From NCBI GenBank assembly GCA_045638005.1, contig JAZUAN010000059.1, forward strand, positions 1,136 to 65,135: a stretch of 64,000 nt of DNA. The letters run 5' to 3'. Below, in pieces: positions 44,792-54,419 of the stretch. A program made the translations under genes and the position numbers. Numbering within the stretch: the first letter of the stretch is position 1; every line of letters starts with the position of its first letter. Origin of the DNA: Acutalibacteraceae bacterium. GTDB lineage: Bacteria > Bacillota > Clostridia > Oscillospirales > Acutalibacteraceae. The notes below the pieces were generated by a model, which was not told the origin of the DNA, ran no database searches, and saw only the letters and a program-made list of their open reading frames with translations.

Positions 44792-45717
44792 AAAAACGGC
44801 GCGCCCTTCTTACGATATGTAAAGTGCTGCTGTGTTGCTTGTTTGTCCCCGCGCTGATCGCCACGATTTTCAGTATTTCAGTCTGCCGTATGTTTGATGT
44901 AAACGCGGTGGAAAAGCAGCTGCAAAAACAAGGTTTTTATGCCATTGCTCCTGCAAAGGTCGAGGAAAATATCAGCAATCTGCAAGGTGTGATCGGCATT
45001 GAAACAAAGGATATCCTTGCCGTCATTCCGGACGAGCAGGTGCGCATTTTGTTAAAGCAGTATACAACCTCTGTAAGTGAGACCTTGCTTTTGGGCAAGG
45101 AGGATACCGCTGAGATTCATTTCACTTCGGATGAACTGTATAATTTAGTTTGCACCGTCATCACAGCCGAGCAGTATAAAAACGATACCGTACAGATGCA
45201 AGAGGATCGCAAGGCTATCTACGCCGATCTAACTGCCGAAGTCAACAATACGTTATCCTTCTTCCCGCAAACGCTGTACGCTTCTGTCACCGAAATTTTA
45301 GAGAATGCGGGCTTTGATTTAAATACCGTATACGCCGCTGTGAATACCGTGCGCCACTTAACCCTACCTTTGCTTTTGGGGACGCTGGTGCTTTTAGTCG
45401 GTATCTTTCTGTGCGGATGGTACAATAAACCGCGCGCGCTGCGCACGGTTGCAGGTTGCGCCTTTATCACCACATCGGTATTTTTCCTGCTTTCAATATT
45501 TGTACGCAGCTACCCGTTGCTTGACCGTCTCAGTCTGTCGGACGGTCTGCTCAGACGGTATGTGCTTGCCGTTTTCAATAATATGGGAAACAGCATTTTC
45601 CTTTCGGTAACCGTCGCCTTTGTGATCGCCACCTTACTGCTGATCGCCGCAATTGCATGGGAAGTAATTGCAAGCAAAAACAATACTTGCACGCAGGTTG
45701 AAACTGTGATAGAATAA
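44788..45717 (+). CDS. hypothetical polytopic membrane protein
   Basis: 309 aa. 4-nt overlap with the sortase gene. One N-terminal and about four C-terminal TM helices. Confidence 0.55.
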   Translation: MKKRRALLTICKVLLCCLFVPALIATIFSISVCRMFDVNAVEKQLQKQGFYAIAPAKVEENISNLQGVIGIETKDILAVIPDEQVRILLKQYTTSVSETLLLGKEDTAEIHFTSDELYNLVCTVITAEQYKNDTVQMQEDRKAIYADLTAEVNNTLSFFPQTLYASVTEILENAGFDLNTVYAAVNTVRHLTLPLLLGTLVLLVGIFLCGWYNKPRALRTVAGCAFITTSVFFLLSIFVRSYPLLDRLSLSDGLLRRYVLAVFNNMGNSIFLSVTVAFVIATLLLIAAIAWEVIASKNNTCTQVETVIE

Positions 45718-45746
45718 TTGTCAGTACGCAAAAAGGAGTTTTCATC

Positions 45747-46484
45747 ATGTCCGGACATTCTAAGTGGAACAACATTAAACGTAAAAAAGAAAAAACCGAC
45801 GGTCAAAAAGCTAAAATCTTCACCAGAATGGGTCGTGAGATCGCGGTAGCCATCAAAGAGGGCGGCAGTGCTGATCCCTCCTCCAACTCAAAGCTTAAGG
45901 ACGCAATCGCAAAAGCGAAAGCCAATAACGTGCCCAACGATAACATCGACCGCATCATCAAAAAAGCGGCAGGCGACAGCAACGCAGATTCGTATGAGGC
46001 GCTGCAGTACGAGGGATATGGTCCTTGCGGTATCGCGGTCATTGTAGAGACTCTCACCGACAACCGCAACCGCACCGCCGGCGAAATGCGGCACTATTTT
46101 GATAAATGCGGCGGCAACCTGGGCCAGACCGGTTGCGTCTCGTTTATGTTCAATAAAAAAGGCGTTTTGGCCATTGAAGCGGAAGGCTTGGATGAAGACA
46201 CCGTGATGGAACAAGCGCTGGAAGCGGGTGCTTCCGACTTCAACACTGACGGCGACATCTATGAGATCGTCACCGAGCCGGAGGATTTCTCCGCTGTGCG
46301 CGACGACCTCGAAGCAAAAGGCTACACCTTCGTTTCCGCCGAGGTGGAAATGGTGCCGGATATGCTTTCCACCATTGATGATCCCGCTGCTGCCGAAAAG
46401 ATGGAAAAGCTGCTGGATATGTTGGAGGATAACGACGACGTACAAAACGTCTGGCACAACTGGGATCGCCCCGACGACGAATAA
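45747..46484 (+). CDS. yebC: YebC/PmpR-family transcriptional regulator
   Basis: 245 aa with the MSGHSKWNNIKRKK N-terminus. Confidence 0.9.
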   Translation: MSGHSKWNNIKRKKEKTDGQKAKIFTRMGREIAVAIKEGGSADPSSNSKLKDAIAKAKANNVPNDNIDRIIKKAAGDSNADSYEALQYEGYGPCGIAVIVETLTDNRNRTAGEMRHYFDKCGGNLGQTGCVSFMFNKKGVLAIEAEGLDEDTVMEQALEAGASDFNTDGDIYEIVTEPEDFSAVRDDLEAKGYTFVSAEVEMVPDMLSTIDDPAAAEKMEKLLDMLEDNDDVQNVWHNWDRPDDE

Positions 46485-46494
46485 GAATGATGTA

Positions 46495-46532
46495 AGAGGG
46501 AATGATTTGTAAAAATCATTCCCTCTTTTTTT
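46495..46532 (+). terminator. yebC terminator
   Basis: agagggaatgatt...aatcattccctct followed by a T-run. Confidence 0.7.
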
Positions 46533-46541
46533 ATAATCCAC

Positions 46542-46598
46542 TTGACAATTGAACAGGTATTCAACTATACTATAAACAGTTGAATATCTGTTCAATTG
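46542..46598 (+). promoter_or_regulatory. promoter with two CzrA/SmtB-type 12-2-12 operators
   Basis: TTGACA, 18 nt, TATACT. TTGAACAGGTATTCAAC (46549-46565) and GTTGAATATCTGTTCAA (46580-46596) are reverse complements at 16/17 positions. The core is TGAACAnnTATTCA. Confidence 0.65.
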
Positions 46599-46612
46599 TT
46601 TTGGAGGTAAAA

Positions 46613-46972
46613 ATGGCAAAAAATACATTTTCCTGTGATTGCAATGTGGTACATCACGACACGGTAAAAGCGGTGCGCGAAAAGATGCTGATCGATGAGG
46701 TGTATGCGCAGGTAACCACCTTTTTTAAGGTGCTGGGTGATCCTACACGCATGCGCATTATCTGGGCATTGGACCAAGGTGAGCTTTGCGTGTGTGATAT
46801 TGCAAATATCCTTGGCATGACTAAATCCGCGGTATCCCATCAGCTGGGCACTTTGCGGAATGCACGTCTGGTTAAATGTCGAAAGGACGGCAAATCCGTG
46901 TACTATTCGCTTGATGACGACCACGTAAAACAGATGATAAAAGCAGGCATTGAACACACACAGCATCAGTAA
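46613..46972 (+). CDS. ArsR/SmtB-family metal-sensing repressor
   Basis: 119 aa. ELCVCD metal site and a winged HTH (LGMTKSAVSHQL). Confidence 0.85.
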   Translation: MAKNTFSCDCNVVHHDTVKAVREKMLIDEVYAQVTTFFKVLGDPTRMRIIWALDQGELCVCDIANILGMTKSAVSHQLGTLRNARLVKCRKDGKSVYYSLDDDHVKQMIKAGIEHTQHQ

Positions 46973-46986
46973 AAGGAGTTTTGAAT

Positions 46987-47208
46987 ATGGATATCATTTG
47001 TAAGATCACCGGTATTGACTGCCCCAACTGCGCAGCAAAACTGGAAAGAAAGCTACAAAAACTGGACGGCGTGGAAAATGCTGTCATCAATTTTATGATG
47101 GAAAAGCTGTTTTTGGAGTGTGCTGAAGAAAACCAAGCGGCTGTCATGCAGGCGGTGGAAAAGGCGGTCACCAAATTTGAAAGAGACGCAAAAGTCACCC
47201 GCCTGTGA
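46987..47208 (+). CDS. stand-alone heavy-metal-associated (HMA) domain protein
   Basis: 73 aa with GIDCPNCAAKLE (CxxC). It is in frame with the downstream ATPase, separated by TGA plus three codons. Confidence 0.7.
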   Translation: MDIICKITGIDCPNCAAKLERKLQKLDGVENAVINFMMEKLFLECAEENQAAVMQAVEKAVTKFERDAKVTRL

Positions 47209-47217
47209 GGTAATGAT

Positions 47218-49056
47218 ATGAAAAAAGAACTTGGTCCTATCGTTGTTTGCGTTATTATATTGATAGGCGCGCTGTGTTTTCCACCCGAATTTCTCTATTT
47301 GCGGTTGTTCTTATTTATTACCGCATACCTTGTAGTAGGTGCAAAGGTGCTCAAAGAGGCGGTTGAAGGCATTTTTCACGGTGAGGTGTTTGATGAAAAC
47401 TTCTTGATGGCACTTGCCACCGTGGGTGCTTTCGCGTTGGGTGAATATACCGAAGCGGTCGCCGTTATGCTGTTTTATCAGGTGGGCGAAATGTTCCAAA
47501 ACTATGCGGTACGCCGCTCACGCAAGTCTATTGCGTCTTTGATGGATATCCGACCCGATTACGCGATGCTATTGCAGGAAAACGGCAACGCTGTCAAGGT
47601 ATCCCCCGAGGAAATCAAAATAGGTGATCGTATTCGCGTAACCCCGGGTGAGAAGATAGCGCTGGATGGCACAATCATTGACGGCAGTGCACAGTTGGAT
47701 ACTGCGGCACTCACCGGCGAAGCGATGCCGCGTACGGTGCATGCGGGAGATACGGTGCTCAGCGGTTGCATCAACCTATCGGGTGTGTTGACCATAGAAG
47801 TCGGTAAAATTTTTGGGGAATCCACCGTCAGCAAGATCCTACAGCTGGTGGAAAATGCCGCTATCCGCAAAGCAAAAGCGGAAAACTTCATTTCCAAATT
47901 TGCCGCTGTGTATACCCCTATCGTGGTGATCGCGGCTGTGGTGTTGGCTATCCTGCCGCCGCTGCTTATTTCAGGACAAAGTTTTTCCAGTTGGATCTAT
48001 CGCGCGCTGACATTTTTAATGGTATCCTGCCCCTGCGCGTTGGTCATCTCAGTACCGCTCACCTTTTTCGGCGGCATCGGCGGCGCATCCAAAGCGGGTA
48101 TCCTCTTTAAGGGCGGCAACTATATTGAAGCGCTCGCCTCTGCTAAAATTGCGGTATTCGATAAAACAGGTACCCTGACACAAGGCACCTTCATGGTGCA
48201 GGAGATCTCCCCTATCGGCATCTCCAAAGAAGAGTTGCTATACTATGCCGCGCATGCAGAAGGCTTTTCCTCCCACCCCATTGCCGTATCCCTTTTGGAA
48301 GCCTACGGACAACCCATCCAAACGGATATCGTGCTAGATGTTACCGAGACAGCCGGACATGGTATTGCCGCCACCGTAGGCGAAAAAACGGTGCTTGTGG
48401 GCAGCGCGCGGCTGCTGCAAGCAGCAAATATTGACGTCCCCGTCATAAAGATTATCGGGACGGCGGTTTTTGTAGCAATAAATGGTGCATACGCGGGATA
48501 TATCCGCATTGCCGACATGGTTAAAGCGGATGCCCAAAACGCCGTAAAAGCCTTAAAATCGGCTCATATTCGCACAGTGATGCTCACCGGCGATAACCGC
48601 AAGACCGGTGAAGCGGTGGCAAACGCGCTCGGTATTGACACGGTGTATGCCGAACTGTTACCGGGCGATAAGGTGGAAAAGGTAGAGAAACTGCTTGCTG
48701 AGAAATCCCATAAGGAGAAGCTGTTATTTGTAGGTGATGGCATCAACGACGCACCGGTTTTGGCGCGTGCGGATATCGGTATTGCCATGGGCGGCAGCGG
48801 CAGCGATGCCGCCATTGAAGCCGCCGACGTAGTACTGATGACCGATGAGCCGACAAAGCTTATCACCGCTATCCAAATTGCCAAAAAGACCCGCCGTATT
48901 GTGCGACAGAACGTGGTGTTCGCATTGTCTGTGAAGATCGCGGCGCTGATTTTGAGCGCTTTTGGTCTTGTCGGCATGTGGGCAGCGGTCATTGCCGACG
49001 TCGGTGTGTCGGTGGTCGCCATTTGTAATGCGCTGAGGATGTTAAAAAACAACTAA
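47218..49056 (+). CDS. P1B-type heavy-metal (Zn/Cd/Co-type) translocating ATPase lacking an N-terminal HMA domain
   Basis: 612 aa with CPC (SCPCALVIS), DKTGTLT and GDGINDAP motifs. Confidence 0.85.
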   Translation: MKKELGPIVVCVIILIGALCFPPEFLYLRLFLFITAYLVVGAKVLKEAVEGIFHGEVFDENFLMALATVGAFALGEYTEAVAVMLFYQVGEMFQNYAVRRSRKSIASLMDIRPDYAMLLQENGNAVKVSPEEIKIGDRIRVTPGEKIALDGTIIDGSAQLDTAALTGEAMPRTVHAGDTVLSGCINLSGVLTIEVGKIFGESTVSKILQLVENAAIRKAKAENFISKFAAVYTPIVVIAAVVLAILPPLLISGQSFSSWIYRALTFLMVSCPCALVISVPLTFFGGIGGASKAGILFKGGNYIEALASAKIAVFDKTGTLTQGTFMVQEISPIGISKEELLYYAAHAEGFSSHPIAVSLLEAYGQPIQTDIVLDVTETAGHGIAATVGEKTVLVGSARLLQAANIDVPVIKIIGTAVFVAINGAYAGYIRIADMVKADAQNAVKALKSAHIRTVMLTGDNRKTGEAVANALGIDTVYAELLPGDKVEKVEKLLAEKSHKEKLLFVGDGINDAPVLARADIGIAMGGSGSDAAIEAADVVLMTDEPTKLITAIQIAKKTRRIVRQNVVFALSVKIAALILSAFGLVGMWAAVIADVGVSVVAICNALRMLKNN

Positions 49057-49060
49057 AAAA

Positions 49061-49096
49061 ACAAGAGAGATGCAGAGCATCTCTCTTGTTTTTTTA
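49061..49096. terminator. bidirectional terminator
   Basis: acaagagagatgc-aga-gcatctctcttgt followed by a T7 run. Confidence 0.7.
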
Positions 49097-50251
49097 TGCA
49101 TTGGGATTTTTCCAATCAAAGATCAATTCGGGTTGTTCAAACGGGGTTTCAAAGAAGGTATCCTCCAGCGGCTCGCCGTTACGCACGTGGCAGATAAGGC
49201 TCGCCAAACGGCGTGCATCACTCACATCATGCTTGTGATAACCGCGGCGGTAGTACCAATAAAGGTTATCCTCAACACCCAGCATTTTGTATACTTCTTT
49301 TGCTGCCATGGTGGTTTGCCAAGAGCCAATAGGATTGGTCCAGATATCGCTCGCTGCTTCTGCGATCATCAGCACACGAGGCGCCACCATTGCTTTAAGA
49401 AAATGACAGTCAAACGGCAACTCTGCTTCGCGATTTGCATAGTCCTTGAGCTCCGGTCCAAACCAGAACGGGAAATTCTTGCTAACGTCGGCAAGCGTTT
49501 CGTTGCGATGAACCTGGCCATTCTCCTGCACCGCCGACATATGAATGCGATAGCAACTGCAAGAGGCGGCGTTGGACTCATTGGGCGCGACAATGGTCGC
49601 ACGCTCATCCAACACACCCGCCAGCATAGCCGTTTTGGCGCCGCGAGAATGTCCGGTAAATACGAGGGTAGAAAAATCAAAGGTGCCTATTTTTTCGAGT
49701 GCATCCACGCAACGGGAGAAACCCCACGCCCATGCACCGATTGCACCGAAAGTCTTGTCCGGGTAGGTTTGGTATAGCGGTCCCGCTTTCACGCGTTCCT
49801 CGCCCTGCACATCATGCACGATCTCGGTGCGGTTAAATACACAAAAAGCAATACCTTTGCTTGTGAAGTTTTCAATAAATGCCTTATCACACCAACCATC
49901 AAAGCAACCGTCTCCGTCTACGACCACCGGCCACGGACCATTGCAATCCGGAATGAACACACGCATACAAAAAGTCACCGGATTTTCTCTTGTGCCGGTG
50001 TGAATGCGATAAGAACTGCTTCTGCCCCTACCACCGCGATAGAGGATTTCCACCTCTAAAAATTCAGGGGCGGGCGGTTGTGTGCCGTATTGCAGTTCAA
50101 TAACATCCTTGTACATTTCCGCACGGCGATCTGCCCACTTCTCAGGGGTGTTTGCAATTGTACCATCTTTGCAGATAAAAGGATTGGGCAGCTTTCCCAA
50201 AACCTCGTATTCAGTCACTTTGATAAGGCTTCTGTCAAAATCACAAGACAT
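49094..50251 (-). CDS. CE15-like glucuronoyl esterase / alpha-beta hydrolase
   Basis: 385 aa from MSCDFDRS... after AAGGAG. AWAWGFSR and GHSRGAKTA (nucleophile Ser) motifs. Confidence 0.65.
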   Translation of the reverse strand: MSCDFDRSLIKVTEYEVLGKLPNPFICKDGTIANTPEKWADRRAEMYKDVIELQYGTQPPAPEFLEVEILYRGGRGRSSSYRIHTGTRENPVTFCMRVFIPDCNGPWPVVVDGDGCFDGWCDKAFIENFTSKGIAFCVFNRTEIVHDVQGEERVKAGPLYQTYPDKTFGAIGAWAWGFSRCVDALEKIGTFDFSTLVFTGHSRGAKTAMLAGVLDERATIVAPNESNAASCSCYRIHMSAVQENGQVHRNETLADVSKNFPFWFGPELKDYANREAELPFDCHFLKAMVAPRVLMIAEAASDIWTNPIGSWQTTMAAKEVYKMLGVEDNLYWYYRRGYHKHDVSDARRLASLICHVRNGEPLEDTFFETPFEQPELIFDWKNPNA

Positions 50252-50419
50252 GTGTACCACTCCTTTTTTTGTCACATTATAACACATCTTTTTTAGAATT
50301 GCAACAACCAAAATACACCTTGATATTTTACCGAAAATTGCAAAAGAAGGCTTGACACAAAACATAGAATGTATGAAAATAAGCGGAAAAAGTCATAGTA
50401 AAAAAAGGGAGAGATATGT

Positions 50420-50878
50420 ATGTCAGAAAAGAAAATCAGTATTGCAATCGGTCGTCTGCAGGAAATGTTCGGCAATATGCGCGCTATCGAGATTGCTGCC
50501 GAAATCGGCGCGGATGCTATCGACTTTAGCACCTGCGGCAAGCAGTTTGACTATCGCGATTCCAAATCCATTTTCAGCAAGAGCGATGAAGAGATCGTCG
50601 AATACTTCACCGCTATCAAAAAACGTGCGGACGAACTCGGACTGATCATCGGACAGACTCACGGTCGCATCGCCAGTCTCAAACCCGATCCCGATTGGAA
50701 CGAAGCGGAGATCAAAAATGCGCGCATCGACTGTCTGGTCGCCAAAACGCTGGGCGCTCCCATTTGTATTATGCATGCCGTCTCCACCCTTTGGTTTGGT
50801 CCCGAATTGGTGGTAGAAACTGCCGCATTTGCGATCAAGGTGTTGCGCAATATGCTGGAGAAACATTATAACAAATAA
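50420..50878 (+). pseudogene. truncated sugar-phosphate isomerase/epimerase (xylose-isomerase-like TIM barrel), N-terminal ~125 aa only
   Basis: 152 aa versus about 270 expected. Family similarity stops after ...LGAPICIMH and an unrelated tail follows. Confidence 0.45.
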
Positions 50879-50928
50879 GCCTATAATAAAAAAGCGACAA
50901 TCACACAAATGTGATTGTCGCTTTTTGT

Positions 50929-51774
50929 TTATTTCTGTGGCTCGAAAAACGCTACCGCGATGGCGCCGGGTCCTGCATGAGTGCCGATGGTACCGCCAAC
51001 CGTTCGCACCGGTAAGGCATCTGTCTTGCCTTCCCAAATGGGCCTGCTGTCTTCTATATACTGTCGGAGTAACGTGTCGTCATTGCCGGTATATCCGAGA
51101 AAATACGGCATATCAAAATCAAAGCCGCCCGCTTTTTCAATCTCCTCAATGAGCAGGTTGTTGCCCGCACGCGAGCCGCGCGCTTTACCCAGCATCACGA
51201 TCTCGCCGTCCACCACCGCCACGACCGGCTTAATGGACAGCAATCCGCCCGCAAACGCCACCGTCGCAGAGATGCGACCGCCTTTTTTGAGATATTCAAG
51301 CGTATCTAATAACGCGACCACATGGATACGCGTCTTTATCTCATTTAATTTTTCCACGATCTGTAAAGCAGGGAGCCCCGCTTCTACCATCTGCAACGCG
51401 CAGGCTACCAGCGCCCGCTCACCGATTGCAACATTAAGGCTGTCCACCACGAACACCTGATCGGGATATTCAGCGGCTGCCGCCATAGCACTCTGGTAGG
51501 TGCCAGAAAGTTTGGAGGATAGGGTAATGGCAATCACCGTCTCCCCTGCTTCAACAGCCGCCTTAAAAGCTTCTCCAAAATCGTAAGGTGTCGCCTGACT
51601 TGTGATGGGCAGTTCTTTTTCCACGGTCAGTTTTTCATAAAATTCCCGATGGGACAGATCCACAGCATCCCGAAAGCTTTGCTCCCCAAAAGTGATAGTC
51701 AACGGCAGTACGGTAAGTCCCTCTATCTTTTCAATGATATCACTACCGGAATCTGTAATAATGCGAATAGCCAT
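50929..51774 (-). CDS. DegV-family fatty-acid-binding protein
   Basis: 281 aa with MAIRIITDSGSD... and a typical DegV layout. Confidence 0.85.
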   Translation of the reverse strand: MAIRIITDSGSDIIEKIEGLTVLPLTITFGEQSFRDAVDLSHREFYEKLTVEKELPITSQATPYDFGEAFKAAVEAGETVIAITLSSKLSGTYQSAMAAAAEYPDQVFVVDSLNVAIGERALVACALQMVEAGLPALQIVEKLNEIKTRIHVVALLDTLEYLKKGGRISATVAFAGGLLSIKPVVAVVDGEIVMLGKARGSRAGNNLLIEEIEKAGGFDFDMPYFLGYTGNDDTLLRQYIEDSRPIWEGKTDALPVRTVGGTIGTHAGPGAIAVAFFEPQK

Positions 51775-51786
51775 AGTGGTCTCCTC

Positions 51787-52230
51787 TCAAAACAGCGCAT
51801 CTTCCGCTGCTGCCAATTTTTCATAAATGCGCACAAACGCTTTTGCATCCTCTTCACCAATCAGTCGGACAGCGCGATCTACGATTGCGAGCGAATGGTT
51901 ATGCACCTCCATAAACTCGGGCAATTTTTCGGCCGCAATCCGCACAAACACCGTGCGTCCATCGGTATCCCCCTTTGTCTTTTGGAGATAGCCTTGCTGC
52001 TCCAACGCATCCACCGTACGGTTGACAAGGGATTTGAGCATGTGCGTTTTTTGGATGATCTCTTTGACCGCAATCTCCCCCACGCCATCCTTTTGGAATT
52101 GCTCATACGCATACATCAAAACGATCGCTTCGTTATAGGTAAGTCCCGAGGTCATACGGTTATTCTTAATCACACCGGTAAGTCCTACCCAAGCACGCAA
52201 TATCTGCTCCCGCAAAGCCGCTTGTTCCAT
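51787..52230 (-). CDS. MarR-family transcriptional regulator
   Basis: 147 aa from MEQAALREQ... after GGAGGG. Winged HTH. Confidence 0.8.
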   Translation of the reverse strand: MEQAALREQILRAWVGLTGVIKNNRMTSGLTYNEAIVLMYAYEQFQKDGVGEIAVKEIIQKTHMLKSLVNRTVDALEQQGYLQKTKGDTDGRTVFVRIAAEKLPEFMEVHNHSLAIVDRAVRLIGEEDAKAFVRIYEKLAAAEDALF

Positions 52231-52324
52231 TGTATTCCCTCCGCTTAAAAGTTTACTTTGTGAACATTCTAACCATACCACACATCCGCTATCCTGTCAA
52301 CCGTTTTTATGATTTGCACATCTC

Positions 52325-52353
52325 TTGACAGCATTAGTATGCACCGTTATAAT
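52325..52353 (+). promoter_or_regulatory. consensus sigma-A promoter
   Basis: TTGACA, 17 nt, TATAAT. Confidence 0.55.
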
Positions 52354-52399
52354 GGATATACTATACGTAATTCCATTGGGATTAAGGAGAGAATTTGCA

Positions 52400-53428
52400 T
52401 TGATACGTTTTAACAATGACTACAACCGCGGTGCACATCCCGCAATCTTAGAGGCGCTGAGTCTGCACAACGGTGAGAGTTTTACCGGTTACGGTCTGGA
52501 TCCGTTATGCAAAGCGGCTGCCGATGAAATCAAAAAACATCTAAACGGCGCAAATGCGGATGTTCATTTTCTGATTGGCGGTACACAGGTGAATTACACC
52601 GCGATCGCGGCGGCGCTGCGCCCCTATCAAAGTGTCATCTCTGCGGACAGCGGACATATTGCTGTACATGAGACAGGCGCTGTAGAAAATACCGGTCACA
52701 AAATCACCGCGTTACCTCATGAGAACGGTAAAATCACCGCGGCGCAGATCGAAAGTGAGGCTGTCGCATATAAAGAAAGCGACCTTAAAGAGCACATTGT
52801 ACAACCGAAAATGGTATACCTTTCTCAGCCCACAGAATGGGGCACTTTGTATACCTTAGAAGAATTGAAATCCATCAGCGCCGTGTGCAGAGCGTATGGG
52901 TTATATCTGTTTGTAGACGGTGCGCGCATGGCATACGCGCTCGCCGCGGGAGATGTTACGCTTGCTGACCTCGCAGAACTTTGTGACGCGTTTTACATCG
53001 GCGGCACAAAATGCGGCGCGCTGTTCGGCGAAGCGCTGGTGCTCACCCGCCCCGCTCTCAAAGAGCATTTCCGCGCGTATATGAAGCAAAACGGCGCGTT
53101 GCTTGCAAAAGGTTGGCTGCTCGGTTTGCAATTTTATACCCTCTTTAAGGATGGACTGTACTTTGAAATCGGCAAAAATGCGATAGCATACGCCAAAGAG
53201 ATCAAAGCAGCCTTTATGGCAAAGGGCATTCCGCTATATATCGACAGCCCCACCAACCAACAGTTTTTTATGTTGGAGCACACACAGCTGGCAATACTCG
53301 CTGAGAATTTCACATTTGAGGATAACGGCAAAGTGGATGATACTCACACCTGCGTGCGTTTCTGCACAAGCTGGAGTACCACTCGTGCTGAGGTGGACGC
53401 TTTACTTACCGCCATTGCCGCTTTATAA
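52400..53428 (+). CDS. threonine aldolase / beta-eliminating lyase family PLP enzyme
   Basis: 342 aa from a TTG start 8 nt after AAGGAGAG. (L)IRFNNDYNRGAHPAIL... is typical of the low-specificity threonine aldolase family. Confidence 0.75.
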   Translation: MIRFNNDYNRGAHPAILEALSLHNGESFTGYGLDPLCKAAADEIKKHLNGANADVHFLIGGTQVNYTAIAAALRPYQSVISADSGHIAVHETGAVENTGHKITALPHENGKITAAQIESEAVAYKESDLKEHIVQPKMVYLSQPTEWGTLYTLEELKSISAVCRAYGLYLFVDGARMAYALAAGDVTLADLAELCDAFYIGGTKCGALFGEALVLTRPALKEHFRAYMKQNGALLAKGWLLGLQFYTLFKDGLYFEIGKNAIAYAKEIKAAFMAKGIPLYIDSPTNQQFFMLEHTQLAILAENFTFEDNGKVDDTHTCVRFCTSWSTTRAEVDALLTAIAAL

Positions 53429-53465
53429 ATAAAAGCACCTGCGCTTAAAGCGTAGGTGCTTTTCA

Positions 53466-54269
53466 TTACTGCTCTTTTTTTAGTTGCGGAATGAACTGTG
53501 CGGCGAATTTGCCCTTGCCGCGGTTTTTTACATAGAAAAAGCCGATTACGCTGAATATGGCGGCGCCGATGAAGTTTACAAACATGTCCTTCATAGTATC
53601 ATGAAGACCGATATCCAGATAGCCGCCAAGTTCCAGCAACCTTCCGTTTATAACCACTTCACCGATACCGTCCACCGTGATGGGGATGTTACTTTTGGTG
53701 GCATCCAACATAACGGTGGTGATGGAATGTATCACCGTATCCTTTTGCATATCGGTGTGCAAAAGCATATCCACGCCCCACTCGAAAAACTCCCAGAAAA
53801 CACCGATGGTCATGGAAAAGCAGAACGCAACGATCGCCAGAAACAGCGGGGACAGGGTGAATTTTACACGCTCGTTGCGGTTTAAAATATCCACCAACGC
53901 GAACCCCACCGCAGCAAACAAAAAGCCGTTTATGGTATGCAACATGGTATCCCAAAACGGATATTTGATGTAAAAGCTGTTCATCTCACCCAATATCTCC
54001 GCCGCGAAAATGAACAGCAAAATAATCACTTCAAGCGCAGAAGGCAGCGATATCCCGAGATTTTTCTCCAAAAATGCCGGTACCAAAAACAAAACGAGTG
54101 ACAGCGTGCAGACAAAGAGATTTTCATAATCCCCACGAATAAGCGACAGCACCATGGCAACGATCACGATCGCGCGCAGGATAACGTATACCGCAAAGGT
54201 TACTTTATGCGCTTTGATCTCGGATTTTAGATCACGCCATATCATACGCTTTTCTTTCTTTTCTTTCAT
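53466..54269 (-). CDS. polytopic membrane protein of unknown function
   Basis: 267 aa from MKEKKEKRMIW... after GGGAGG, with about 7 TM helices. Family not assigned with confidence. Confidence 0.6.
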   Translation of the reverse strand: MKEKKEKRMIWRDLKSEIKAHKVTFAVYVILRAIVIVAMVLSLIRGDYENLFVCTLSLVLFLVPAFLEKNLGISLPSALEVIILLFIFAAEILGEMNSFYIKYPFWDTMLHTINGFLFAAVGFALVDILNRNERVKFTLSPLFLAIVAFCFSMTIGVFWEFFEWGVDMLLHTDMQKDTVIHSITTVMLDATKSNIPITVDGIGEVVINGRLLELGGYLDIGLHDTMKDMFVNFIGAAIFSVIGFFYVKNRGKGKFAAQFIPQLKKEQ

Positions 54270-54419
54270 GTTTTTGCCTCCCTGCCATTCCATAGTAGCA
54301 TCCGCAAAACAAAAGTCAAGATTTTAGCCTAAAACTTTACTGTTTAGTAACAAATGCTCTTGGAATTTCAGACGTTTTATGCTACTATAATACTATTCTG
54401 TAATAAAGGTCGTGTATGC

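Noticed and set aside
54294-54419. Possible yybP-ykoY manganese riboswitch upstream of mntP
   Set aside because: None of the conserved GGGGAGUAG-type blocks or the four-way junction pattern could be found.
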